From Trueperaceae bacterium (GTDB lineage Bacteria > Deinococcota > Deinococci > Deinococcales > Trueperaceae): DNA of 64,000 nt. This document shows positions 28,960 through 38,917 of this stretch, piece after piece. The stretch's first letter is position 1, and each line of letters begins with the position of its first letter. A program made the position numbers and the translations under genes. The stretch covers positions 1,216,001-1,280,000 of the forward strand of contig CBDCDZ010000004.1 in the NCBI GenBank assembly GCA_965215565.1, written 5' to 3'. A model generated the notes under the pieces. The model was not told the DNA's origin. It searched no databases and saw only the letters and a program-made list of their open reading frames with translations.

Positions 28960-29595
28960 TCAGGGAGACTGCGCGAAGCTCATCTGGAGCCCGTCCACGA
29001 TGAACTGTACAGCGAGCGCCGCGAGCAGCACGCCGAGCACGCGGCTCACGACGCCCGAGCCCGTCACGCCGATGAGCTTCATCAAGCGTCCCGTAAGCAG
29101 GAGAGACAGCAGTGCGAGCAGCAGCACGATCATGAGCACGCCGAGGAGCGCGAGCGTCACCCAGATGTCGCTACTGCGCCCGTTCAAGAGGAGCATCGTC
29201 GTGATCGCGCCCGGACCGCCGATGAGCGGAATCGCGAGCGGGAAAACGGAGATGTCTTGGCGCTGCGCCGCCTCCGCCTGCTCACGCACCGTCGTCGAAC
29301 GGAGCCCGGAGTCGCGCACGAGCACCATGTCGATGGCGAGTAAAAAGAGCAGCACGCCCCCCGCGACGCGGAACGCGGACAAGCTGATGCCGAGCACGCT
29401 CAGGAGCGGGTTGCCGATAAAGGTAAAGACCACGAGCACGGCGGCGGCGATGGCCACCCCCCGAAAGGCGATGCGGCGTCTTTCCGCCTCCGTCTCCTTC
29501 TGCGTGAGCGCCCCGAAAATAGGCACGAGGCTCACCGGGTCAACGACGACGACGAGCGTCACAAAAGCGTTGAGAAGAAGGTCCAAGGTGTTCAC
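28960..29595 (-). CDS. MarC family membrane protein
   Basis: VVDP, FRVAGG, FPLAIPLIGGPGAI. Confidence 0.92.
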   Translation of the reverse strand: MNTLDLLLNAFVTLVVVVDPVSLVPIFGALTQKETEAERRRIAFRGVAIAAAVLVVFTFIGNPLLSVLGISLSAFRVAGGVLLFLLAIDMVLVRDSGLRSTTVREQAEAAQRQDISVFPLAIPLIGGPGAITTMLLLNGRSSDIWVTLALLGVLMIVLLLALLSLLLTGRLMKLIGVTGSGVVSRVLGVLLAALAVQFIVDGLQMSFAQSP

Positions 29596-29679
29596 CGCGC
29601 CAGCTCCCGACTGAAACTAAGCATGAATGAGTTGACAGTGAAAGGGGTGTCTCGCAACCGTCCCGTCCACATCCGCAGC

Positions 29680-30138
29680 TTACTCGAGAAACTCCTCGAA
29701 GTCCGTCAGTATCGTTTCAGCGTCGGCGCTGCTTCGAGCGATGACCATGATCGTATTTTGCCCCGCCAAGGTGCCGACGACCTCTTCACGCTCGAGCTTG
29801 TCGATGACGTAAGCGATGCCCGAGGCGTGCCCCTCGTCCGTGTTGATGACGATGATGTTTTCGCCCCTGTCGATATCGCGCACGAAGAGCTTGAAACGCT
29901 GCTTCAGCTCGCCCTCTACGTCCTCTTGGGCAGCTAGAGGCGTAGAGCGGTAGCGGTGCTGTCCGTTGCCCGCAGGCAGCCGCACCAGTCTCAGTTCGTT
30001 GACGTCGCGACTGACGGTTGCCTGCGTCACCTTGACGCCGCGATCCGCGAGGTGCTCGGCGATTTCAGACTGCGTCGCGATGAATTCGTTTTCGACTAGT
30101 TCTTCGATCAAGCGTTGTCTATACTCTTTACTTGGCAT
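29680..30138 (-). CDS. argR: Arginine repressor
   Basis: TQSEI, VTQATVSRD, GTLAGQNT. Confidence 0.93.
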   Translation of the reverse strand: MPSKEYRQRLIEELVENEFIATQSEIAEHLADRGVKVTQATVSRDVNELRLVRLPAGNGQHRYRSTPLAAQEDVEGELKQRFKLFVRDIDRGENIIVINTDEGHASGIAYVIDKLEREEVVGTLAGQNTIMVIARSSADAETILTDFEEFLE

Positions 30139-30156
30139 ATTTATTCATTATACATG
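30134..30156 (-). promoter_or_regulatory. TATAAT -10 and an ARG-box-like site overlapping the argR start
   Basis: Minus strand TGTATAATGAATAAATATGCC; TGAATnnnnATGC resembles an ARG box. Confidence 0.5.
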
Positions 30157-30262
30157 AATTTCGTTTTGTATACATCGGCGCTTCGGTTGTGTGGTCTACT
30201 GTTTGTACACTGAACGTTTAGCTTATCAGTTCGCAATATACTTCAATTTTGCGGTTATCAAA

Positions 30263-30444
30263 AACAGTTCCAAAACATATTGAAACAGATGAGCGCAAGC
30301 CTCTGTCCGCAAGGACTAGCGGGATTTCATCCCTGAATGCGCGTGCTAGGCGATGTTCTCAAAAGTGAGAGCATCTCAAACCACCATCGCTGCGCGAGTA
30401 CTAACGTGAACCGAGCTTTGTGAGACAGACTTTGATACCTGCTA
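30263..30444 (+). repeat. MITE-like repeat copy 4
   Basis: CAGTTCCAAAACATATTGAAAC...GATACCTGCTA. Confidence 0.85.
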
Positions 30445-30448
30445 CAAG

Positions 30449-30558
30449 AAGAAGCCCCCGCGAGAGGAGACGCGGGGGGCCCTAGGAGGGAAGAGGGGCA
30501 GGGCGTAGGTGGTGATGCACGACGTTATGCAGATTGGTTCACGGTGTCGCCCTGCCTA
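30449..30558 (-). ncRNA. Candidate small RNA
   Basis: TAAAGT -10 upstream; GGCAGGGCG/CGCCCTGCC stem; CU-rich linker; GC-rich terminator-like hairpin. Confidence 0.45.
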
Positions 30559-30675
30559 GAGATACTTTAGACGGTAGGGTATGACGGGATTCTTACAGCT
30601 ACGTCGTAGCACGCATATGCAGCTTCAGGTGATGATGAACCCTTAAAGAGGAAGGAGGAGGTACGGGGCGCGTCT

Positions 30676-31287
30676 ATGCGCGTCTATATCAACAGGACGC
30701 AGTATTTTGAGGGCGTACCGACTGAGGTGTGGAACTTCTATGTGGGCGGCTATCAGGTGCTACACAAGTGGCTCAAGGACCGCAAGGGACGCGAGAGCTT
30801 TGACGACTTGCGGCATTACAGCTTTATCGTGTCGGCGTTGCTTGAAACTATTGGGACGATGAAAGAGGTTGACGAGGTGATAGAAGAAAGCAGGGGGGTG
30901 GCCGCTCGAGTAATGCCTGAGTTTGAAATGGTCAGCACGGTGGAAGAGGCTAACGCACAAACGCTTGATGTACCCGAGTACGACGGGTGGTTCGCGTTTG
31001 CGCACCTCTTGAATGGGTATGACGTAGCGGACGAGTTGGGGCTCGAGCTGGGCACGTTTAGTAACGAAAAGTCTAAGCTTTATGGCCGAACAGGGATGTG
31101 GGAGGGGACGCTGCTCGAGCTTAGGATGGTGCTCTTTTTTGAGGCTCGAGCGCTCCGTATGGCGGGTGCACCAAGCTATGACCCAACCAATGACCCAAAC
31201 TACCGCGAACATATTCGAGGGTTGCTAGGGGTGATAAAGCAAAAGGCTGCAAACGAGGGAAGGCTTGCTATCACGGATAGTTTATAG
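30676..31287 (+). pseudogene. C-terminal remnant of a Type ISP restriction-modification enzyme, read through into a small hypothetical gene
   Basis: FEGVPTEVWNFYVGGYQVLHKWLKDRK; probable second gene from MPEFEMV. Confidence 0.6.
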
Positions 31288-31294
31288 AGAGTGT

Positions 31295-31430
31295 AATACC
31301 CTTTCCGGTTAAATACGCTACTTTATAGCGTATTTAACCCCGAGCGGAGCGAGTAGAAATAAGTACGGATTCCGGTTGATTACTGCATAAACTCCTTCGG
31401 AGTTGATTCCGTACTCACCGGAATCCGTAT
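31295..31430. repeat. Palindromic Deinococcus-type dispersed repeat
   Basis: GGTTAAATACGCTA/TAGCGTATTTAACC hairpin, GAGCGGAGCGAGTAG, TACGGATTCCGG...CCGGAATCCGTAT. Confidence 0.55.
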
Positions 31431-31463
31431 AAAAAGTAAAGCCCACTCTCGTGAGGAGGCGCT

Positions 31464-31703
31464 GTGTTCTGTAGAGCTTTCAAGCAGCGCGAGCTTGCGC
31501 GCCTCCGAAGTGGCGAGCTGTTCCCTAAAATTCGCCTACACGACCTCAGACACCTTCACACCTCAGTGCTCACCGTGAAGCACCGAATGAGCCCGGTAGA
31601 GGTAGCAGACCGTTTAGGACATACAAACCCGAGCTTTACCCTTAACGTCTACACGCACCTCTTTGACGAACAGGGACAGGGTGAGACGGTATCCCCCACT
31701 TGA
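31464..31703 (+). pseudogene. Tyrosine integrase C-terminal fragment
   Basis: IRLHDLRH...RLGH...TLNVYTH next to the tRNA 3' end. Confidence 0.8.
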
Positions 31704-31814
31704 CTTTCTACCCAGGACAGGCGCGGTCAATCAGGTTCATAGCTGTAAGATAGCTGTCAAAGGCAAAAAAGAACTCGCTTTCCTGAGTCACCGAAAAGCG
31801 AGCTTTTGCGTCTG

Positions 31815-31906
<92 letters not shown>

Positions 31907-32116
31907 AAAAACCTCTAGGAGTATACCGCATGACGCAGCATTTGTCACGCCTCAGCAGGGGATTTGAAGAGGTGCACTTCAAGGTTGAAGGTGCTGGACT
32001 CTGCCTCAAACGTGTTTTGATAATTGAGTCTACCTCTACTCCTCTTGTCAAGACCGTTGTTTCAAACTATCTCGCGTTTTTACCGCTCCAAGAGGTAGCA
32101 ACGCTCGAGTAGCGCC

Positions 32117-33166
32117 CTACGAATCCGCTACTCCAGCTTCTGAAAACGTCGCCATATTACAGAGGACGGCGGCGGCGCTCTCCAAAATACTAAAGGCTAA
32201 CACCGCGCCCGAGCCTTCCCCCAGGCGCATGTCGAACGCGAAGAGCGGCTCCAAGCCTAGATGCGCCAACTGCCTCTTATGCCCCGGCTCCTGCGACAGG
32301 TGCGAGGCGAAGAGGTAGTCCGTAACGTTTGGGCTGAGCGCGGCGGCGACGAGCACGGCGGAGGTGGCGATGAACCCGTCTAAGATGACCGGGACGCGCT
32401 GCGCGGCCGAGGCGAGGTAGAAACCCGTGAGCGCGGCGATCTCGAGCCCGCCCACTTTTGCCAAAACCTCGAGAGGCTGAGCCGAGTTGGGCTGATGCTT
32501 ACCTAAAGCCCGTTCGATGACGCGGACCTTGTGCGCCAACCTCTCGTCGTCTACGCCTGTTCCGCGCCCCGTGACCTCTTGCACGCTGCCCCTCGTAAAA
32601 ACAGCCGTCAGCGCCGCCGCCGCCGTCGTGTTGCCGATGCCCATCTCGCCGCCAGCGAGGAGCGTCGCGCCCTCTCGGATGAGCTTGCGAGCAACCTCTA
32701 TGCCGACGCCGCACGCCCGCGCGACCTCTTCGGGCGTCATCGCGGGTTCGTCCACCATGTTTTTCGTGCCTGGCGCAACCTTTCGGCTCAGCAGCGAGGC
32801 GTGAGGCTCCAGGTCCGCTTCGACGCCGACGTCTACAACCAGGAGCGACGCGCCCGCGACTTTGGCCAGGGCGTTGACAGCCGCGCCGCCGCGCAAGAAG
32901 TTCGCCACCATCTGCGCCGTAACCTCTTTAGGGAACGCCGACACGCCCGCCGCCGTAACGCCGTGGTCTGCCGCGAAAACAGCGACGCCTTTGCCCGTTA
33001 CGAGAGGTTGAGACGTGCCATAAACTGAAGCGAGGCGGACGCCTAGAGGCTCGAGCCGCCCCAAACTCCCCGGTGGCTTGGTGAGTTCGTCATGGCGTGC
33101 CCGCGCCTGTGACGCGACCTCTCGGTCCGCAGGCTGAATTTTCGCCACAACCTCTTCAAATGTCAA
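32117..33166 (-). CDS. cobT: Nicotinate-nucleotide--dimethylbenzimidazole phosphoribosyltransferase
   Basis: LTKPPGSLGRLE, FAADHGV, GEMGIGNTT, MRLGEGSGA. Confidence 0.96.
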   Translation of the reverse strand: MTFEEVVAKIQPADREVASQARARHDELTKPPGSLGRLEPLGVRLASVYGTSQPLVTGKGVAVFAADHGVTAAGVSAFPKEVTAQMVANFLRGGAAVNALAKVAGASLLVVDVGVEADLEPHASLLSRKVAPGTKNMVDEPAMTPEEVARACGVGIEVARKLIREGATLLAGGEMGIGNTTAAAALTAVFTRGSVQEVTGRGTGVDDERLAHKVRVIERALGKHQPNSAQPLEVLAKVGGLEIAALTGFYLASAAQRVPVILDGFIATSAVLVAAALSPNVTDYLFASHLSQEPGHKRQLAHLGLEPLFAFDMRLGEGSGAVLAFSILESAAAVLCNMATFSEAGVADS

Positions 33167-33319
33167 TTGTACTCTCCGAAACTGCGCCTAAAGCGTCCAA
33201 GGTGGCGGTGCATGTTAATACTTTACCTTCAGGCTGGCTGGCAAAATGCGCCGCTTTCATGTAATACGCCTCCGCGTGGTGCGGCTTGCCTGAGCGTGCT
33301 CCGGTTGTAGTGAAGAGCT

Positions 33320-33955
33320 TCAACGCGGTCCCGTCTGCAAATCGCCCAAATGCGAGGTGTCGTTCACCTTGCTGACGATGATGCCCATGTCGCCGATCAC
33401 AAGCTTGGACACGCTGCCGATATCCACCTGGAAGCGCCACGACTGACCGTGCGGCAAGCCCGTCACGTGGTAGAGCGCGCTGCGAATCGTGCCGCCGTGC
33501 GTAAAGGCGACTGCGCGCCCCGACTTGGGCAGCTCGCCCAGCCACTCGCGCACGCGCCCCAAGAGGTCTTCGTACGACTCGCCCTCGGGTGCGCGGTTAC
33601 GGTAAGGGTCTTTGAACCAGGCGTCCAAAGCGCGTTTGTCCGCGCCTTCTAACTCGCGCCAATACTTGCCCTCCCACGCGCCAAAGTCGATCTCGCGCAA
33701 CCGAGGCTCGAGCCTAACCTCCGCCGCTGGCAAGACCAAACGAGAGGTGTAGCGCGTGCGCGAGAGGTCCGAAGCGTACACCGCGTCGAAGCGCAGATGC
33801 CCGATGCGTTTGCCGAGGCGCTCCGCCTGCTGGATGCCGAGTTCGTTTAAGGGCGGGTCACTCTGCCCCAACGCGCGCCCCTCGCGGTTCCACAAGGTTT
33901 CGCCGTGGCGCACGAGCCAGAGTTCTAGGACATTATTAGACGTGGGGTCAGGCAT
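33320..33955 (-). CDS. Histidine phosphatase (CobC/GpmB-like)
   Basis: RHGET, REIDFGAWEG, THGGTIR. Confidence 0.9.
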   Translation of the reverse strand: MPDPTSNNVLELWLVRHGETLWNREGRALGQSDPPLNELGIQQAERLGKRIGHLRFDAVYASDLSRTRYTSRLVLPAAEVRLEPRLREIDFGAWEGKYWRELEGADKRALDAWFKDPYRNRAPEGESYEDLLGRVREWLGELPKSGRAVAFTHGGTIRSALYHVTGLPHGQSWRFQVDIGSVSKLVIGDMGIIVSKVNDTSHLGDLQTGPR

Positions 33956-34559
33956 GATGCTCCTCTGAAGTTGTCAGATGCGAGGTGTCGTTGACAGTTT
34001 CAATGAGCGTTCGCCCCTCTTCAAAGCGCAATCTTGTAAGGCTCGTGTTGCCGAAAACGAAATGCCAATGTTGCGAGTGCGGCGCGTTCAAAATCGAGAG
34101 GATAAGAGCGCGAATCGTACCGCCGTGAGAGAAGGCAGCGACGCGCCCCTCTGTAGGTAAACTGCCCAGCCACGCCGTGACCCTCGTCTGTATATCCGCC
34201 CAAGACTCACCCTGTGGCAAGGCAACGGCGTAGGGGTCAGCGCGATGCGCTTCGTAAGCCTGGCGCTCACCTTCGGTGAATTCCGCGGGCGTTTTACCTT
34301 CTAAAATGCCGAAGTGTATCTCGCGCAGACGTTTGTCCAAACAGATGTCGCGCTCACCTAAGACAATTTTCGCCGTGTGATGCGCCCTCTCAGAATCCGA
34401 AGCGTAGACCTTGTCAAAAGACTGCGACGCTAAACGCTCTTTCAACCTCTCTGCTTGCCGCGTACCCAAATTATTAAGAGGTCTATCGGTCTGACCTTGA
34501 ATACGCCTCTCAAAATTCCAATCCGTCTCACCATGTCGTATAAGCCATAGGTCTAACAC
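33948..34559 (-). CDS. Histidine phosphatase (tandem paralogue)
   Basis: RHGETDWN, SHGGTIR, NDTSHL. Confidence 0.9.
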   Translation of the reverse strand: MLDLWLIRHGETDWNFERRIQGQTDRPLNNLGTRQAERLKERLASQSFDKVYASDSERAHHTAKIVLGERDICLDKRLREIHFGILEGKTPAEFTEGERQAYEAHRADPYAVALPQGESWADIQTRVTAWLGSLPTEGRVAAFSHGGTIRALILSILNAPHSQHWHFVFGNTSLTRLRFEEGRTLIETVNDTSHLTTSEEHHA

Positions 34560-34701
34560 GCTCTCAACTGTAACAGGTACAAGTTAGCGCGGTGTTTGTT
34601 CAGCCTGACGGGAGTTTCACTAAGGCGTGCTTGGGGGGAAGAAGCGTGTCAGCACTTCAACTCGTCAGGAGAACCGGAGTCAATTTGCTACAGTGACGCT
34701 T

Positions 34702-35700
34702 ATGAACCTTGTGAAAACCCGTCCTCTCGGCACAACCGACCTCACGGTCTCCCCCATCGGCTTGGGTCTCGCCGCTTTGGGCCGACCGGGCTACATCAAT
34801 CTGGGTCACGCGAACGATCTGGAGCAGAACTACGACGTGGAGGCGATGCGAGCGCACGCCCATACGATGCTCAGCGCTGCCTATGAAAACGGCGTCCGCT
34901 ACTTCGACGCCGCCCGCTCTTACGGACGCGCCGAGGCGTTTTTGGGGAGTTGGTTAGAATCCAAGAAGTACGACGACTGCGTCGTGGGCTCCAAGTGGGG
35001 CTACACCTATACGGCGGGCTGGCAGGTGGACGCGGACGAGCATGAGGTCAAAGAGCATTCGCGCGCCAAGTTGGACGAGCAGTGGCGGGAGAGCCAGACC
35101 TTTTTAGGCAAGCACCTCAACCTCTACCAGATTCATTCGGCGACGTTGGAAACGGGCGTGTTAGAAAATGAAGAGGTTTTGGCAAAGCTCGAGGAGATTA
35201 GAACGTTGGGCGTCTACATCGGTTTGTCGTTGAGTGGACCAACGCAAGCGCAAACCTTAGAGAAAGCGTTAGAGGTAGAGGTTGAAGGGAAACGCTTATT
35301 CGACACCGTCCAGGCAACCTGGAACGTGCTCGAGCCCTCCGCAGGCGCAACCCTCGCCGCCGCGCATAGCGAAGGCTTAGGCGTCATCATCAAGGAGGCG
35401 CTGGCAAACGGGCGGCTGACACGCCGCAACGACGCGCCTGAGTTCGCAGCTAAGCTGGGGGTGCTAAAGACTCAAGCGAAGCGGTTGGAGACGACCGTCG
35501 AGACGTTGGCGCTCGCAGCCGTTCTCAACCAACCTTGGGTCAGCGTCGTTTTGAGCGGGGCGGCGCGAGAGGCGCACCTGCTCGAGAACCTGACCGCCTT
35601 AGATGCTCCTTGGGATGAAGAGGTCGAAGACGCATTAGCGCAACTCGCCGAACCGCCCGAGAGGTATTGGAAGGTGCGTTCGGGGCTCGAGTGGAGCTAA
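34702..35700 (+). CDS. Aldo/keto reductase
   Basis: IGLGLAALGRPGY, FDAARSYG, SKWG, LYQIHS. Confidence 0.9.
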   Translation: MNLVKTRPLGTTDLTVSPIGLGLAALGRPGYINLGHANDLEQNYDVEAMRAHAHTMLSAAYENGVRYFDAARSYGRAEAFLGSWLESKKYDDCVVGSKWGYTYTAGWQVDADEHEVKEHSRAKLDEQWRESQTFLGKHLNLYQIHSATLETGVLENEEVLAKLEEIRTLGVYIGLSLSGPTQAQTLEKALEVEVEGKRLFDTVQATWNVLEPSAGATLAAAHSEGLGVIIKEALANGRLTRRNDAPEFAAKLGVLKTQAKRLETTVETLALAAVLNQPWVSVVLSGAAREAHLLENLTALDAPWDEEVEDALAQLAEPPERYWKVRSGLEWS

Positions 35701-35709
35701 GACACCAAT

Positions 35710-35792
35710 GAGCAACGAGCAATGAGTAGAAAAGCAAAAACTCATTGCTCACCGTTCGTCCAGCTCGACTGGATTGCTTTTCACTCATTGCT
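35710..35792. repeat. GAGCAATGAGT/ACTCATTGCTC repeat element, copy 1
   Basis: Homologous to 45419-45505; lies between convergent genes. Confidence 0.7.
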
Positions 35793-37116
35793 CCCTCTCA
35801 GGCAACTCGTTCTGACTGATGACCTCTTGAAACCACTCGAACGACCGCTTAGGCGTCCGTTTCTGCGTCGCGAAGTCCACGTGGACCAGCCCAAACCTCG
35901 CCGTGTAGCCTTCCGCCCACTCGAAGTTGTCCAGCAGGGTCCAAGCGAAGTACCCTTTGAGGTTCGCGCCCTCGCCTATCGCTTTTTGAGCAGCTTCTAA
36001 ATAATCATGGTAAAACGCAATTCGTTTGGGGTCATTGACCTCTTCGTCGTCAAGTTCATCGGGGAAGGCCGCGCCGTTCTCGGTCACGTAGACGTCGGGG
36101 TTGCCGTAGTCGTTTTTAAGCTCCATCAGTTGCTCATAGAGCGCGCCTGGGTAGACTTCCCAACCCATATCGGTCAGTTGGGCGTCTTTTGGCGGCGGCG
36201 CTTGCCCCATCCCGAGCAGGCTGTTGTCCGCCTGAATGAGCGTGCGGCTATAGAGGTTGAGCCCGAAGAAGTCTAAGGGTTGCTTTGTTTTGTCCAAGTC
36301 ACCGTCGTGGATAAACGGCTCGATGATCGCTTGCGTTTGCTCGGGGTAGCGTCCCTTAAAGAGCGGGTCCGCGAAGTTTCGGTTCCACACCGCGTCAAAG
36401 AGGGCGGCGGCCTGCGCGTCCTCCTCCGTGTCGCTCCTCGGATGGACGGGCTGCATGTTCAAGACCGTGCCGAGGTGCCACGCTGAGTTCATCTCCCTCA
36501 AACGTGAGAGCGCCTCCCCTTGCGCTAAGTTGAGGTGATGGACGCTCGCCGCGTACGCCCTGATATCTTGCAAGCCCGGCGCGTGAATCCCCAAGAGGTG
36601 CCCAAAGAGCGCCACCACGTTGGGCTCGTTGAGCATGGCGAAGTGCGTGACCCTGTCGCCATACTGCTCGGCGGTATAGCCGGCGTAGTCGGTGAACCAA
36701 TAGGTGATGTCGCGCTCTGTCCAGCCGCCCTTGTCCTGTAAAGCTTGCGGCAAGTCCCAGTGGTAGAAGCAGAGCCACGGTGCGATGTCCGCCTCTAAGA
36801 GCGTGTCGATGAGCTTGTCGTAAAAGTCGCGCCCACGGCGGCTGGGCTTGCCGCTGCCGTCAGGGAAAAGCCGCGCCCACGCCGCCGAGAAACGGTAGGC
36901 GTCAACGCCTAACGCCTTCATCAGCGCGACGTCTTCAGGGTAACGGTGATAGTGGTCACACGCCTCGTCGCCGGTGTGCCCCTTCGCTACCTTTCCTGGC
37001 GTGTGCGAAAACGTGTCCCAGATGCTGCGCCCTTTGCCGTCTTCGTCCCACGCGCCCTCGATCTGGTAGCTCGAGGTCGATATGCCCCACATAAAATCCT
37101 CTGGAAAGCTCATCAT
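35785..37116 (-). CDS. GH1 beta-glucosidase
   Basis: SSYQIEG, NEP acid/base, TENG nucleophile, DNFEWAEG. Confidence 0.96.
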   Translation of the reverse strand: MMSFPEDFMWGISTSSYQIEGAWDEDGKGRSIWDTFSHTPGKVAKGHTGDEACDHYHRYPEDVALMKALGVDAYRFSAAWARLFPDGSGKPSRRGRDFYDKLIDTLLEADIAPWLCFYHWDLPQALQDKGGWTERDITYWFTDYAGYTAEQYGDRVTHFAMLNEPNVVALFGHLLGIHAPGLQDIRAYAASVHHLNLAQGEALSRLREMNSAWHLGTVLNMQPVHPRSDTEEDAQAAALFDAVWNRNFADPLFKGRYPEQTQAIIEPFIHDGDLDKTKQPLDFFGLNLYSRTLIQADNSLLGMGQAPPPKDAQLTDMGWEVYPGALYEQLMELKNDYGNPDVYVTENGAAFPDELDDEEVNDPKRIAFYHDYLEAAQKAIGEGANLKGYFAWTLLDNFEWAEGYTARFGLVHVDFATQKRTPKRSFEWFQEVISQNELPEREQ

Positions 37117-37169
37117 GCCTCCTGATTCTCGCTCACTTTAACCTACTCAAGACACCTCTTTAATAGGGT

Positions 37170-37347
37170 TAGCAGGTATCATCTGGTCAGAGTGTACGAA
37201 GTTTTGCGAAGCAACACTCTCACTTTGTGAAACGCTGTTTCACTGCGTGAAAACTTCGTAATTAGCACGCACTTCAAGGGATGATACCCTTGCCAGAGGC
37301 AAAACTTCGTAAGCGTTCAACTGTCTCAGTGTGTCGTGGAACTGCTA
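37170..37347 (-). repeat. MITE-like repeat copy 5 (a degenerate inverted copy follows at ~37400-37535)
   Basis: TAGCAGGTATCATCTGG...GTGGAACTGCTA. Confidence 0.85.
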
Positions 37348-37714
37348 GGTAATCTCCCACGGTCATCATTTAGAGCAAAAGCTTACTTATTCAGAGTAGT
37401 AATACGAGGTTGCATGACTTGGCGCAGACATCATCTCCAAACGTGAGTGTTGATCAATCGTTTTCGCGAGTGAGAGCGTCGATGACCAGATGAAGTCGCG
37501 TGGTCCCGCGTTTCGCAAAAGCGAAAACTGCGTAATATCAAAGTGATTTAAGGGTGTCACAACGTGACATCCTTAAACGCTCTATGTTCAGCTTGCTAAC
37601 GCGCAGCGCGGGTAACTTCGAACGCCCACACATTGTGACACCCCCTTTTCAGTCTGGTATAACACTTCGTTCCCACTGGCCCGCCAGACCTGCTACCTAC
37701 GTTAAACTGAACAG

Positions 37715-38917
37715 GTGAAAATCCTCCACACCGCCGACTGGCACGCCGGACGCACCCTGCACGGCGTACCGCGCACCGCTGAAATCCGCGAAGTCTTACA
37801 AGAAATCGCCGAGTTAGCCAAGAGCGAAGCCGTTGACCTCATCTTAGTGGCGGGCGACCTCTTCGACACCCGCAACCCCAGAGCCGACGCCGAAGCCGCC
37901 GTGTACGAGTTTTTCGTGACGACGGGGCGAGCGGGCATCCCAAGCGTGGTCATTGCGGGCAATCACGATTCGCCGAGCCGGATAGACGCCTCGAGCAGCC
38001 TCCTCAGCTTGACGAACACGCACGCTTTTGGCGAGGTCAGAGTGGCGGGGCAAGGGGGCGCGTTCAGTCTTCACATAGGCGATGAGGTGGCGCAAATCGC
38101 CGCGCTGCCCTTTATCTCCGAGCGGCGCATCGTCAGGGTGGCGGAGCTTTTAGAGGAAGACCCCGGCAGGTGGCGCGAGCGTTATCAGGAGGGGATGAGA
38201 AAGCTCATCGGCAACCTCACGAAGCCCTTTAGACCTGACGCTGTGAACCTACTCGTCACCCACACGACCATGAACGGCGCGACTTTGTCGAACTCAGAAT
38301 ACCAATTTCACTCGACGGAGAACTACAGCCTCAGTTCTGACCTCTTCCCGGAGCGGTGCAACTACGTGGCGCTTGGGCACATCCACAAGCCGCAAGCCAT
38401 TGACGGGTATCCCGAGAACGCCGGACGCTACTCGGGCAGCATCCTTCAGCTCGACTTCGGGGAGCAGGGGGATACGAAGTACGTCTATATCGTGGAGGCG
38501 AGGGCGGGCAAACCGACGACGCTCGTGAAGCAGCATGAGATTAGAGCAGGAAGAAGATTGCGGCGGGTCAAGGTGGCGTTGGAGGAGTTGGACAGGCGCA
38601 CGGCGGAGTTAGCAGACTTCGACGGGTGGCTCAAGGTGTCGGTTAGGCTCGAGCACCCCCTCCCCGGACTCAAAGACCGCATCCGCCGCCATCTGCCGAA
38701 CGCCCTAGCCATCGAACTCGACTTACCCGATCAACAAGAAGAGATAAGGCAAGGCGTAGACCTGGAAAAAATCTCGATGAGCGAGGCGTACGCGCAGTTT
38801 TACGAGGAGACGAGAGGTCAGGGCTTACCGGACGCGCTCAAAACCGCCTTCGACACTCTCTACGAAGCGAGTGACGCGAAGGACGAGCCCACTGAAACAG
38901 TCGCGGAGACTGCGTGA
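37715..38917 (+). CDS. sbcD: Exonuclease SbcCD subunit D
   Basis: HTADWH, AGDLFD, GNHD, LGHIH. Confidence 0.95.
   Translation: MKILHTADWHAGRTLHGVPRTAEIREVLQEIAELAKSEAVDLILVAGDLFDTRNPRADAEAAVYEFFVTTGRAGIPSVVIAGNHDSPSRIDASSSLLSLTNTHAFGEVRVAGQGGAFSLHIGDEVAQIAALPFISERRIVRVAELLEEDPGRWRERYQEGMRKLIGNLTKPFRPDAVNLLVTHTTMNGATLSNSEYQFHSTENYSLSSDLFPERCNYVALGHIHKPQAIDGYPENAGRYSGSILQLDFGEQGDTKYVYIVEARAGKPTTLVKQHEIRAGRRLRRVKVALEELDRRTAELADFDGWLKVSVRLEHPLPGLKDRIRRHLPNALAIELDLPDQQEEIRQGVDLEKISMSEAYAQFYEETRGQGLPDALKTAFDTLYEASDAKDEPTETVAETA

Noticed and set aside
33156..33320. TTTGARSGKPH resembling a deazaflavin-dependent nitroreductase motif
   Set aside because: Too short and has no start; at most a tiny remnant
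33170..34620. Cobalamin riboswitch near cobT
   Set aside because: No B12-box or GGGAA core found in the short intergenic gaps
37550..37645. RDRM (DdrO) box upstream of sbcD
   Set aside because: A GGGTGTCAAC-type palindrome (AAGGGTGTCAC/GTGACATCCTT) is present but does not match the 17-bp RDRM consensus
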